Assembly (NCBI GenBank): GCA_951406725.2
Contig: OX597833.1
Span: 30,442,001 to 30,506,000 of the forward strand
Origin: Octopus vulgaris
Taxonomy: Eukaryota
Reading direction: 5' to 3'
Length of the DNA stretch: 64,000 nucleotides
The position numbers and the translations under genes are program-made. Under the pieces are notes generated by a model that worked only from the letters and a program-made list of their open reading frames with translations, did no database searches and was not told the DNA's origin. Below are positions 13,077 to 25,207 of the stretch, one piece after another (within the stretch, counting starts at the first letter, position 1; each line of letters starts with the position of its first letter).

Positions 13077-14804
13077 TGTGAGTAGATTCTATTAAATTTC
13101 GAAAATGAAATTTATTTTAATAAACTTCCACCATCATCATCATCATTTAATACCTGTTTACTATTGGACTTCAATAAAAAGGGAGAACAGCATTTTGTAA
13201 GTGACAGATATGGAGTAGCAGTGGGATGGTAACGATAATACAGCTGTCATTCAGAGATATACAAGTGACACTGCATAGATTTGTAAATACATAGATACAT
13301 GCATACACACACACACACACACATAAGTAACTTTCAATACACTGAGTAAGGGAAAGAGAGGTGGGTGTGAGGGATACATAGCTTTAAAGAGAGAAGGGTA
13401 GGTTGCTTTTCTGCTGTCCATCGTAAAGAAACGCTCACACACACATACATATATACATACATACATGTACATACATAAATACATATGTCTACTATACACC
13501 ATTTTAAACTCATGATTACTTTTGTGTAAATTTGTAAATGTGTGTGTGTGAGTGACGTCCTATAATTCTTTGTCTTTCTACTTTTGTAGGGTCTTCCCTG
13601 TTGCTGTCACATATTGCAAAATTTTAAAATTACGTCAACATTTTCAAATTTGGTATATTGAAATAATTTTCCTTGTTAAATCTGATTTTGTTATTTATTT
13701 GTTCCAGAAAAATTGCAGAAAAATGTTACTGAGGTTTAAATTTTAATCAGTTTTACCTAATCAGAAAACATGATTTGGAAACTGGCATTTTCTGCATGAT
13801 AGCTGTCTATCACAAAATGAAAGCAAAATCATTACAAGGAGGAATTTTTATTAAACAAACGAAAGCAAAGCATTATGACAATCAGAGTTGTAAGAACTTC
13901 TGAAGTTTTAATAAGTTTTAATGAATAAAGTCATACGAAATGGTTGAACATACATGTAAATAATTTAAAAAGGAAAAAAAGTCCTCAACAAAGTTTTTTG
14001 TGAAAAATTGCAAGAATTCTTCCTGATCAAGAGGCCTCTCTGTCTGACATGGAATAGACAAAAATTTATACAAGACATTCTATTGTAAAAAATGCCCAGC
14101 AATGACAGGATATTCAGCTAGAATCTCATAAAAGGTACAGGAAAACTATGTTATATTGGTGCTCTAAAAATGGATTATTGATTGAAAGATGCAATTATTT
14201 TTCATTGATTTAATCAATGATTGATTGTTAGACAATACCTAGAAAAGTATATTTTTCCTGTGTGTATTTCAATTAAAATAAGATGTGCTAATAACTTGGC
14301 AGAGACTAAACTGCTGTAAATTTCAGTTGTTAGTCTACTGAGCATGTGACTATGAGTTCAAACACTACTAAAAGCAGTGTACTGTGTTGTCATTATAATT
14401 CTGCTTGCTTCAGGTCCTGTTTTAACTTTAGTTGTAAAATGAGTAGTATGGGGGTGTCCAACTGTAAAAGCATTTCTGACAGTATATACTAATGTCCAAT
14501 TTTGGAGAAACCATCCCGATAAGAAAATTAAACATAAAACAGCAGGATTGAGAGGAATTTTATGACATCATTTCTGATATTTTGTTGTTTTATGGTCAGA
14601 TCCAGCAAGTATTAATTTTGCTATTTCTCATTCTGAGAACAAGTATTTATTAACATAAAGTCTAATATTTGACCACTCATCACTTGTAATAAACTATGAT
14701 TCACAATCAAGTTCATAACTTGGTTTCAATTTCTAGTTGAAACTATTTTTCATTTATTTCATTAATTCCTAGAAAATTGAAAAATTCATGACTGACACTT
14801 CAGC

Positions 14805-15300
14805 ATGTGTGTTGATTTGGTAGACGAAAACTGAAAGAAGCCCATCATACATCATATATATATATTTCTTTATTACCCACAGGGGACTAAACATAGAGGG
14901 GACAAACAAGGACAGACAAAGGTATTAAGTTGATTACACCGACCTCAGTGTGTAACTGGTACTTATTTACTTGACCCCAAGATGATGAAAGGCAAAGTCG
15001 ACCTTGGTGAAATTTGAACTGAGACGAAATACCACTAAGCATTTCGTCCGGCTTGCTCACGCTTCTGCCAGCTCACCTTACATGTGTGTGTGTGTATTTA
15101 TGCATGTGTGTGTGCTTGTCACCCCCTACCACCACCATTGCTTGACAATCGATGTTGATGTGTTTATGTCACCATAACTTAGTGATAGAATAAGTACTTG
15201 GCTTACAAGGAATAAAGCCTGGGATAAATTTCTTCAACTAAAACTCTTTAAGGTAGTGTTCCAGCATGGCTGCAGTCAAATGAGTGAAACACGTAAAAGA
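14805..15300 (+). mobile_element. SINE body/tail (same family as 8991-9370) with a nested second SINE
   Basis: gatttggtagacgaaaactgaaagaagccc...ccagcatggctgcagtcaaatgagtgaaac matches the reverse complement of 8991-9270. Confidence 0.7.
14865..15078 (-). mobile_element. tRNA-derived SINE with Meta-domain-like core
   Basis: Minus strand ggtgagctggcagaa...gactttgcctttcatc..ggggtc..taaataagtaccagtt; second copy at 58630-58830. Confidence 0.7.
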
Positions 15301-15352
<52 letters not shown>

Positions 15353-15358
<6 letters not shown>

Positions 15359-15647
15359 ATCACGTAACCGACCAGACCATCAGATGTTTTACACATCGCT
15401 GATCACAATGCATTCGCATTGTTTTAGCCTTTGAATGACGCCACCCCGCTGGCTAAGCGAGCAGGCCAACAGAAGAAAGAGTGGGAGAAAGAGTGGTGAA
15501 AGAGTACAGTAGGGACCACCACCCCCTGCCGGAGCCTCGTGGAGCATTTTTTCGCTCAATAAACACTCACAACGCCCGGTCTGGGAATCGAAACCGTGAT
15601 CCTACGACCGCGAGTCTGCTGCCCTAACCACTAGGCCATTGCGCCTC

Positions 15648-15650
<3 letters not shown>
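15353..15650 (-). mobile_element. tRNA(Arg)-related SINE inserted in (TA)n
   Basis: Minus strand ggcgcaatggcctagtggttagggcagcagactcgcgg...ggtttcgattccc (A box, TCG anticodon-like loop, B box), then a non-tRNA body; (TA)n on both sides. Confidence 0.8.
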
Positions 15651-15703
<53 letters not shown>

Positions 15704-15736
15704 CTTTATTTTAAGCAGCAGAAAATTCAACAAAAT

Positions 15737-15774
15737 CTGTTACTCTGAGTTTCTCGTTGCCGTTCATCAGACAG
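15737..15774 (-). ncRNA. Minimal type I hammerhead ribozyme in the Penelope pLTR
   Basis: Minus strand CUGU-CUGAUGA-ACG-GCAA-CGA-GAAA-CUC-A-GAG-UA^ACAG: complete core, stem I CUGU/ACAG, GNRA-capped stem II, near-palindromic stem III. Confidence 0.82.
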
Positions 15775-16788
15775 TTTTTGCTAGAATGGAACTTATATAT
15801 TAATTCAATCTATACTCTTACAAACGCTACACCTTTAAAAAGAAATGGACTTGTTTGATTGGCCCTTTAGAAAAACGGTCAATCTTCGAGCGATAAACAA
15901 AAAGGTCAAAAATATATGTATATATAAAAAAACTTATAAAAATTATAAAAATTATAAAATCCGAGGAAAAAACCGAGGAAAAAACCTATTGCCGTTAATG
16001 AAGACAGTACAAATTAATGCATAGAAATTAAACCTGTTATAAATACTGCAATACATATTTATATTAAAATCCACATATATATATCAACATACACAAAAGG
16101 ATGCGCGTAAACGCCATACATACATATACAGACGTATGTATATGAATCTAAATTATACACATAAAAGCATGTGTACATATATTCACGCAAACCGTCTCGC
16201 ACGCAAGCTAAAATTCATCTATGTAGCAATTCTCATATACTGAGCAAGGAGGGGGAACGAAAGAAAGGGAAAGAGAGAAAAAGGAACGAAGGAGGGGTGG
16301 GGAAAAAACTTGTAGCGATGTTATTGGCATCTATGGAGGCCAGTATACATACACAAGTTTGAATTGATACATATACATACCGTCGTGTGTATGCGTGCTT
16401 AAGCACAAGCATACTTTCACTTACACATACACAGATACACATGCTTACAAATACATATGGTTTGCTATACACATACTTATATAAACATTCTAATTTTGAC
16501 AACATTGCTTTTTTTTAAAAAAAACATTGCTTTTAAAAAATGGGTGCATTAATAAAAATATATACGAAAGACATATAAAATAAAATATAACATCCTATTT
16601 TGGGTCATTTATAAATAATCAAGGTAATATAAATAATCAAGGTAATCCTATGCAATACAATAACATGAAAACAAAGTTTGTAGGTTTTTCCTAATATATA
16701 TGTAGAAACAATAAGACTTTGCTATAGATCCGTTGTAGCGCTCAAGAGTCAAAATCAAAATCAAAAATCAAAATACAAAATATATACT

Positions 16789-17613
16789 CTATCCATATGG
16801 TATATTTATATTCGACATTTTAAATTTAGCCGCGTGCCTACATAAGTTCATTAACTCACTTCTTTGATTCAAAGAATTATTGTCTTTGAATAAGATGTGC
16901 ATTTTCTCTAATAAGCAAAGCCTGCACTTGAAATTATATTTGTAAGCTCCATGCCTGTATGGTGCCGCCCTGTCCAGAATGCTCCATGTCACGTTGAAAG
17001 GTGGGGCTTCCTTTTCTTTTAGTTCCCAGACATATTTTGCTAGGCTGGTTTTCTTCCTATTCTCTGGGTATTTAAAAGAATTCTTATGAGAATAAAATCT
17101 TGTTTTAAATGAATTTTCTGAAGCCCCTGTGTATGTCTTGTATTCCGATGAGCCTTCCACTTGCACCTTGGCTCTATAAACTACTCCTTTCACTATACAT
17201 TTCCCTTCTAACGGACAGGAGCTTTCGTTTTTGCAATTACATTTCTTAATGGGCTCGGCACCATGTCTAATCTCAATTAGCTTCCTATTATGTTGGCTAA
17301 TGTAAGAGGCGAAATTTCTGCAACAAGAATAGCTAACCTTCAGGGTTCTTCTATTAAATATTCTGTAGAATTTATGACCCTGCTTAAAATGCTTAGAGAC
17401 TAATCTCAAAAATTCCTTACCTATATTAGTCTTTACGGCCAAATTGAAAGCCGGGTTGAACCACAAAACTTTCCTGGTCCTAGTTCTTCGTGCAGCATTA
17501 TTATTAGCATTAAGCTGGTTGAACTGGATCTTCTCCGAGAATCCACTATTCTTTAATGCGCTATCGTAATAAGGTGCAGCATTATGGAATGCTGCCTCGT
17601 CCGAAGAAATTGA

Positions 17614-17619
<6 letters not shown>
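16789..17619 (-). CDS. Penelope-like polyprotein C-terminus (RT thumb/linker plus GIY-YIG endonuclease), 5'-truncated
   Basis: The frame is open from the (TA)n junction: ISSISSDEAAFHNAAPYYDSAL...WFNPAF...CNCKNESSCPLEGKC..VVY...YTG..ENSFKTRFYSH...CRLCLLEK...LNQRSE...CRH. Confidence 0.88.
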
Positions 17620-17648
<29 letters not shown>

Positions 17649-17869
17649 TTTTATGAATTCATATATATATATTTTATATATATTCATATATATATATTTT
17701 ATGAATTCATATATATATGAATTTTAATGAATTTTAATTACCTTTTTCTGATGATATCTGAAAAGAAACAGCAATTTTAGCAAAACATATTAAGCAACAC
17801 TAATAATAAATCAAAAACATAAAAATGAACAAGCTTTTGATGGTTTTATAGATACTTCAAAATTATGAA

Positions 17870-18259
17870 AAATCAAAAAATCAAATCAAACCAAACCAAA
17901 TCAAAATAGATGAATATCAATGGAATTTGTATCCTTGTGGTACCAGTGCCGGTGGCACATAAGAAAACCATCCGAACGTGACCGTAGCCAGTACCGCATC
18001 GACTGGCCTCTGTGCTGTGGGCACGTAACAAACACCATCTGAGCGTGGCCATTCGCCAGCCTCGTCTGGCACCTGTGTCGGTGGCACATAAAATCACCCA
18101 CTACACTCTCGGAGTGGTTGGCGTTAGGAAGGGCATCCAGCTGTAGAAACACTGCCAGATCTGACTGGCCTGGTGCAGCCTTCGGGCTTGCCAGACCCCA
18201 GTTGAACCGTCCAACCCATGCTAGCATGGAAAGCGGACGTTAAACGATGATGATGATGA

Positions 18260-18263
<4 letters not shown>
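17870..18263 (+). mobile_element. Solo RTE 3'UTR/tail copy
   Basis: Highly similar to 28300-28672; ends gacgttaaac(gat)n followed by (TA)n. Confidence 0.9.
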
Positions 18264-18302
<39 letters not shown>

Positions 18303-18554
18303 AAAAAATGAGTAGAGATGGCTTCTGTAGGGGGATAATTTTTATTTTAATCTTAATAATAATGTTTACAGTGAGTTACTCTGATATGAGTTTTGAGCCT
18401 CAAGTAGCTGTTTTCAAACTGAAAAATGTATGTTTTACTGGTTACTTAAATAGCAAAAGACTTTTTCTTATGAGTATAAATACAAAAAATATACACAAAA
18501 AAGGGGAGAATATATAAAAAAAATATATATATATAAAAATACAAAACCATGTGT

Positions 18555-18707
18555 GAAGAAGAAGAAGAAGAAGAAGAAGAAGAAGAAGAAGAAGAAGAAG
18601 AAGAAGAAGAAGGAGGAGGAGGAGGAGGAGGAGAAGAAGAAGAAGAAGAAGAAGAAGAAGAAGAAGAAGAAGAAGAAGAAGAAGAAGAAGAAGAAGAAGA
18701 AGAAGAA
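18555..18707. repeat. (GAA)n-(GGA)n-(GAA)n trinucleotide array
   Basis: Direct read. Confidence 0.95.
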
Positions 18708-18779
18708 ATGAAATAAAGAAGAAAATAAATATATAAATAATAATAAAGATAAGACTAATAGTAATTGAAAATAGTGGAG

Positions 18780-19130
18780 AGGAGAGTTAAGTTCATCAAG
18801 AATAAAGAAATGGAATATTTTGGAGTGATCAATATTGTTGTGTTCTTGTCACAAGATGACCTGTGTGGTGCCTATTGACAGCTGTTTTGATTCAGAAATC
18901 TTTAGATGATTAATTTATAAAATTAAAATCATAAGATGAATCTCTTCAGAGGTAGAAAAGACATACTGATTAGAAATACATGTTGAGATAATGGCTATAA
19001 ACCATTAATTGATAGCGTATATACAAAAAGAGCCGGTTATAGAAGGCCTCAATTCTACATGGGGAGAAGGTAGTGCATATTTTATGTCTTAAAGAAGGAA
19101 AAGAAGAGATTAATATAATATCAAAGTTAA
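18780..19130 (-). mobile_element. Possible highly degraded L1/Tx1-type APE endonuclease remnant
   Basis: Minus-strand fragments FCIYAIN and YDFNFIN resemble the IYAPN and GDFN motifs at plausible spacing. Confidence 0.3.
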
Positions 19131-19329
19131 TGATATGGTTGATACTGCAAATTAAGAGTAATCTAGTAAAATCTATCCTTTCAATTATTAAGTATTTTAA
19201 CAATAACAATACATTTCATGAAATTATTAATATTAAAACTATTAAAATAGGGTATAGTTTAACCCAGAATCTGCTACTATTATCTCTGCTATAAATGATA
19301 AGCTCCTTGACCATCATGTTTGCAATGAC

Positions 19330-20580
19330 GAGAACCCTTTCCGGAGGTCCTCCAAACAAGCATCATTGAGATACCAGACATTGAGGATTTAGCTTGCCCC
19401 TCATCTTGGTGATGTCATCAATGCCCAGTGTGAACAGAGCAGGCCTGAGTGGATTGCCCTGTTGGACTCCTGAGGCAGAGGTGATGATTTGGTCACTGAA
19501 AGAGAGATAGGAGGGATCCCGATAAGCCTGCCATGCAAGGCAGTAGAGTTGTGGGACCTTCTGTCTTACTAAGCTGAGGACAGCATTGTGGCTGGTGGAG
19601 TTGAAGAATTCTTAAGGTCAAGTTTGCGGATGACCTTGGGTAACAAGGAGGGCATAGGCTCTGGTAGTGTGGGCAGCAGCTTCACCTCCCAATTTGGTGC
19701 CCACTCATAGCTGGATGGGGGAAATTCCTCCTCCAGTAAGCTAGAGACCAATTGTAAGAACACCTTTGCAGTTAAATGGCGAAGGGTGCAGCCGACTGCA
19801 ATGGTGCGCAGATCTCCATTGGGTTTAGTGAGACCAAATAATTTTGCACCAAAGAATAGTGGGTGGATATAAGGGAGGACATTCGCTGAAGAGAACTGGT
19901 TCATAAACTGAGTCAAATTCTTCAAGTCACCGGCTGATAAGGAGATACCATCCTCGAGGTGTTGAGGCTAAAGGCCATGAATTCCCGCACCTGAACCAGC
20001 AGGGAAGGATGAAATCACTTTCTGATTTTATCAGAGGTGAAGACCGGTCTCAAGTATTCTGGGGGATTGGGCCAGTTTAGTTGATTATCTGGGGGTGCCG
20101 ATGGGTGCTTCTCTTTCAGACGTTTAAGAAACTCAGAGTTACATGATGCGGGGGAGGATAGAGAAGAGAGGAGATGGATAATTCCTTTTATATCAGAGTC
20201 ACTGAATTTGGCATTGACTGCATGCTTGAGGTTTATAGGTTGCCTGTCGGTAGGCACCTTGCTCGATGTCAAATTGAGGTGAGAAGTGGTCGGGGTGGAT
20301 TCAAATAGCTGGAACTGTTGCTTGAGAGAGGATGTAATGGAGTCCAATTTCACATTGTGCACATGGAGAGAGAAGAGAGGGAACAGAAACAGTTTCTGCC
20401 AGTTGGATGCATTGTTGGATAAACATATGTTTTTCAACAAGCTGGAGAGCATGCAAGCAAAGCTATTCCGAACTCCCTTAGAGATCCGATTAGTTAAATC
20501 AGACTGTTGTGACATGTCTGCCATCACTCTCAGCTGATGTAGAGCAGCTACTTCACCCACAGTTAGCTCTGTTTCTGCAT
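19330..20580 (-). mobile_element. Degraded CRE-clade-like non-LTR retrotransposon RT
   Basis: LKEKHPSAP, FFGAKLFGLTKPNGDLRTIAVGCTLRHLTAK, KLDLKN and SASGVQQGNPL motifs. Confidence 0.8.
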
Positions 20581-20980
20581 GTTATAAAATTTTCACAACT
20601 CCACTTTCAAAATTTGGGTTGTGCACAATGGTTGCCGATAGAAGCAAATATCTTTAAAAACTTCTCGTAAGGATACAATGCAAGAATTTGACAGTACAAC
20701 CCCAATCAATTAATTGGACCAATATATTGCAATTAATTTTTTACAACCCCTGCATATGCAGCCTCGTTCGGTTGGGGTGTGAGTAAAAATTTAAATTACC
20801 ATTTCTTTTTTCTTTTCTTATATCCCAGCAATGGACAACACATGTGTTACTTTGGCATCATTATTCCATAAAATGTATTTATGGGGGGGAAAAATATTGA
20901 AAAACATCAATAGACGTGAGTGAGAAAGAAACGAAGAGGGAGGTCTTGGGTTGTGCTAGTGTGGTGTTATGAGCCAAGCT

Positions 20981-21775
20981 GTGTTGTAGGGAAGGATCGG
21001 AAGTGAGGGAGTAGGGATCTTTTCCCTTTGAACAGCAGATCGAGAAATTAATTTTTTGTAACTAAACACTTTCAAACTTCGGACACTGGTAGAATGTATC
21101 ATATAAAACATCTTTTACTCTTGAAATTACCGAAATACGACAACTTTAGCACGAAATAACTTTGAAAATACAAACTTTTCTCAACAACACTAAGAGTAAA
21201 AGATGTTTTATATGACACATTCTACCAGTGTCCGAAGTTTGAAAGTGTTTAGTTACAAAAAATTAATTTCTCGATCTGCCGTTCAAAGGGTAAAGATCCG
21301 GGAGTAGGCATGTCCTGTCAGAAGTGGAGCCTGTGGATCTCACCTGAAGTGCCACGGTGGATATGTGGAATTCAGTGAAGCACAAGGGTCAGTCAGTGGC
21401 GAACAGCACATCAGAGCAGACGTTTGAGACAGTACAGCAACGGATAGTGCACATGAAGTGAACCTTGGAGATCGAGATAGCACATGAATGTTGAAAGTGA
21501 CCCTTTTTCCGGACCGACAGGTAAGACTACTGTAATTCTCTCTTCACTTCTGTTACATCACAAGCTATTTCGGCTCAAATAGAAAAAAAAAAAATTATGG
21601 GTATGGTCTGTGTTTTGAATGAGATGGTTAGGCTATTTTGTGGTGAGGGAAATGTGACCGCTTGGCTGCAAAAAATTAAGTTGGTGACAAAGTATAGATG
21701 ATTTAGTGAGTTTTATACTGTTGGACCTTGATGGATCAGCGTTGCTGCTATACCTAGAAATAGAAGAAAAAAGTC
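20981..21775 (+). mobile_element. LTR retrotransposon remnant: putative LTR (ending tgttaca at 21557) plus gag N-terminal fragment
   Basis: 21620-21775 reads RLFCGEGNVTAWLQKIKLVTK..DDLVSFILLDLDGSALLLYLEIEE, a Gypsy-like gag start; the LTR start is uncertain. Confidence 0.5.
21015..21299. mobile_element. MITE with ~107-bp TIRs and 8-bp TSD (Merlin-like)
   Basis: Termini GGATCTT...AAGATCC; perfect TSD GGGAGTAG at 21007-21014 and 21300-21307. Confidence 0.88.
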
Positions 21776-23679
21776 AGAAGTGAAGAGAGAATTACGGTAG
21801 TCTTACCTGTCGGTCTGGAAAAAGGGTCATTTTCAACATCCATGTGTTGTCTCGATCTTGCACATGGATGTGAAGTGAACCTTGGAGATCAAGACAGCAC
21901 GTGGAAGTTGAAAGTGACCCTTTTTCTGGACCAACAGGTACGCTTCTGTCTTTTTTCTTCTTTTACATCACAGCTAGAAACAACAGCCAGATCTCCCTTA
22001 AATCACACATTTTCCTCTGAAATTATTAACAATTCCTTTTTTTAAACTAAAAAGGTCTCCCTCACAGGTTTTAAGTACATAGTGAAAAAAAAATTTGGCT
22101 AAAATCACTCCGAACTGGGATGGAGAGGGGGTGGCGTGAGTGAAAAAAAAATCCTATTTTTTCTTTTTTTCTTGAAAAAATGCTTCCTTCATTCTGGAGG
22201 CTGTGCTGGAAAATAAGTTGGGAAAAATCCACGTCAAAACGGAGAAATTCCATCTTATGTGGGCCGTCTGATCTGAAACTCTGTTTTTACCAGAAACTCC
22301 TCCCCCTGCCCCGTTCCAAAAGATTTTGCTTACAAATTTCTTTGTAATCGTAATCTACAACTGTTTGAAAGGTATTTGTATAAAATTTCATTAAAAATTA
22401 CCCATGATCCCATTTTCCTGAAAGTTATGAGGGGGTAAATGTCGGGTCGTGTGAATTTTCCGAAACTCCTCTCCCGAACCGCTCGGAAGAAGTTTTTCCA
22501 ACAAATCTTTACATACACTCAAACTACAGGATCTAATCGATTATTTGTTGAATGTTTCGTTAAAAAGTATCCATCTTTCTGGAAGTTATGAGTTAACAAA
22601 GTCAGTGGGGCATACATTTGTATAATTATGCCAAATTTATATTGAGCATATGTTTTTTGGCTCTGCTTATTCGTCATATAGGAAAGTCAATCGAGAAAAA
22701 AACAAAGGCGTCAAAATGTATGAAATAGTTTGACGTTAGAGACATGTTAAGAGTCAGCTGGAAACAGCATACATCTGTATACAATCCGAGAGAGCCTCTA
22801 CACTTCAAACTGCTATAAATAACCACAATATCTCCATAAAATCAAATCGTATCATTTTAACAGAACAGCACATTGAATAAAGCTGGTTCTAGGTACACTA
22901 TGTTTGAGAAGAAGACAGGATAGCACAGTTAAAGTGTTTCTGATCGAGATTTACTTGATCACAGATGATCCTTCTTTGAAAAAGATAAAGTGAGAGTTCT
23001 CTGCCTTGTTTAAACTGTAAATACGATTTTGTCTCCCCTTGAGTGCCATGAAATCTCCAGTTAAAGAGTCACATTTTCCTTTCATTATGGTGGAAACCGA
23101 AGTTGTTGAATATCATAGTTATTGTAATTTACTGTAAGTTATCATTTCTTCGGTTGAAAATATATACCAAAACTTTACTGTACTCTGAGAATGATGGAGC
23201 AACTTAATCCGATTTCGACTGATGTTTTGCAGCAATTTAAAACTAAGGTATAAGTAGCACTCGTATTTTTCTTTAGTCTATTTGAATGAAGTATACACAT
23301 AACTATGTAGGTGTTATATATAGAGATAGATAAATATTGACACTTTTTTATGAAAATTCCACATCATTAATACTTTTTAATATTTTTTTTTTTTGTAAAA
23401 ATTTATTTTAAATGATCGATGAAACCATTTCAACATATTCATGATATATATAATATCACTGTTTACAATATTTAATTTTCTTGTGACTAAAAGAATTGCT
23501 CTATGCTAACCGGTGTGTATTAACATTTCAAGTTAGATTGTTGATCAGGTCATATGTATGTATATTCTTTTAGTTACTTTTCATTTTTTAAAATTTTTAT
23601 TTGTACTTTCGCTGTAAAATTCAAAGCTAACTTTGAAATTCTCTCAACCTGCTTTTTTTTTCTTTTTTCACGTTAATTG

Positions 23680-23967
23680 CATAGCGAGCGCCGTCGAGCA
23701 AATGAGTTCCTGACAGAGTTCAAAATCAAGCTTTAGTTCTCGGTAGCTACATCACTTCATTTACGATCTGGGCTTAAGGAAGGCATGAACGTTTTCCGGT
23801 CTTACGTTATTGATATTATAAATTTGAAACGTTTTATAAAGTAAAAAAAAAAAATAGAAAAGAAAAATTACCATTAGACATATTTGTCGTTTCACATAGC
23901 AGAAATAAAGAAACGATTCTATTTTTTTATATCTGGAAAATAGTTTATTGGGTAAGTCATGACGTCC
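23680..23967 (+). promoter_or_regulatory. Candidate promoter/5'UTR exon region of the zinc-finger gene
   Basis: TE-free, relatively CpG-enriched stretch; consensus donor TGG|GTAAGT at 23951/23952; CRE-like TGACGTC at ~23960. Confidence 0.3.
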
Positions 23968-24082
23968 CATGACTTTTCCACAACGCTTCGTAAAACCGCA
24001 GCGATGGTTTCAACTCGTCAACAGATCAGTTCTTGTTCATGAGAACTCTTATTGATACATCTGTCAGTTTCCTTTTGAACAG

Positions 24083-24109
24083 ATGCAAAGTGAAGGACTA
24101 ATACTGGAA
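24083..24109 (+). CDS. Putative 27-nt first coding exon (MQSEGLILE) of the zinc-finger gene
   Basis: tttccttttgaacAG|ATG...GAA|GTaatg; its phase 0 end matches the phase 0 acceptor at 32252. Confidence 0.4.
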
Positions 24110-25089
24110 GTAATGCTTTTGTGTGTGTTTTGTTGTTTACAGATGTGTAATACCATTATAGTTTATCATTATCTAGAATGATTGTTTCCCTGGCTCTCTT
24201 AGCGTAATATCTGTGTTTACCTTGCTCTCTAAATGCTATTGCCCAGAATGAGTGTGTGCCTTGAGTGGATGCTTGCGTATCTCCCTACATGCCATTTTAT
24301 GGGGAAATAGCTGTTAGTCCCCTTACCCTAAGTTGAACTTCAAGATCGCCAAATAGACGACCTCTTAACATAATAAAGAATATAGGCTTTACCTACAGAA
24401 GAAAAGAAAATAACAAAACAAAACAATTTCATATACTAGCTAAACATTTATAGTATCTAAATGAAATATGACATGATGCTTGTAACTTTATAAAAATGTC
24501 CAAATTATAAACCGTTCACTGTTATAATGTTCTGTCTTTCCTCAATGTTAACACTTAAGTGAACTTGAATCAAACGAAAAGCGAAACTGATCATTGATAA
24601 ATATGTTGACAATGATATATAAATATGGCATATGCAGGAACTCCTTTGCCAGTGGTTCTCAAAGTGGGCGATGGAAAGGTCCGGAGGGTGGGGCATTGGA
24701 GAAAAATGGGGTGATAACAGGGTGGTCAAAAGAGGGCAATGCATGGCCACGATAGGTGTATGGGAGGTAGAGGAGGAGGGGTAGTGGAAAATGGATGTGT
24801 GAAAATGTGTGGGGGTGATGAATTGAGACTGAGGAACTGAGGAATGAAGAGAGAAAATAGATTCCTGCTCTCATCAGAGGTGGGAATCCAGGTGGCCTCT
24901 GTGCAAGGCCAGTCTGAACACAGACAGATGTAGCGATTCACCTGTTGAGCAGAATGCCTGGGGTATCATTGCTGAGTCTGATGTTCTGGAGATGTTTGGC
25001 AAACCAGTTGGCTAAGCACTGGCCTGTTTGACCAATATACAGGGAAAGACAGAGAGAGTAGGAGATGCAGTAGGTGACATGTATGTGTA

Positions 25090-25140
<51 letters not shown>

Positions 25141-25144
<4 letters not shown>

Positions 25145-25207
25145 TTAAGCAGCAGAAAATTCAACAAAATCTGTTACTCTGAGTTTCTCGTTGCCGTTCA
25201 TCAGACA

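Larger units (their letters stand above)
15701..17619 (-). mobile_element. Young 5'-truncated Penelope-like retroelement inserted in (TA)n
   Basis: Stop-free ORF end with GIY-YIG endonuclease, ~1.1 kb 3' region and terminal hammerhead; (TA)n arrays at both junctions. Confidence 0.92.

Noticed and set aside
13850-14120. FYCKKCP as a piggyBac C-terminal Cys domain
   Set aside because: A single short motif with no TIR or other transposase motifs recognisable.
15575-15650. tRNA-Arg gene
   Set aside because: No proper acceptor stem or terminator; it continues into a SINE body.
17873-18227. ORFs repeated at 28310-28636 suggesting a duplicated small gene
   Set aside because: Antisense translations of the RTE 3'UTR.
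22075-22650. CpG-containing block with repeated gaaagttatgag motif, possibly a DNA transposon or promoter
   Set aside because: No TIR, TSD or ORF could be established from the sequence alone.
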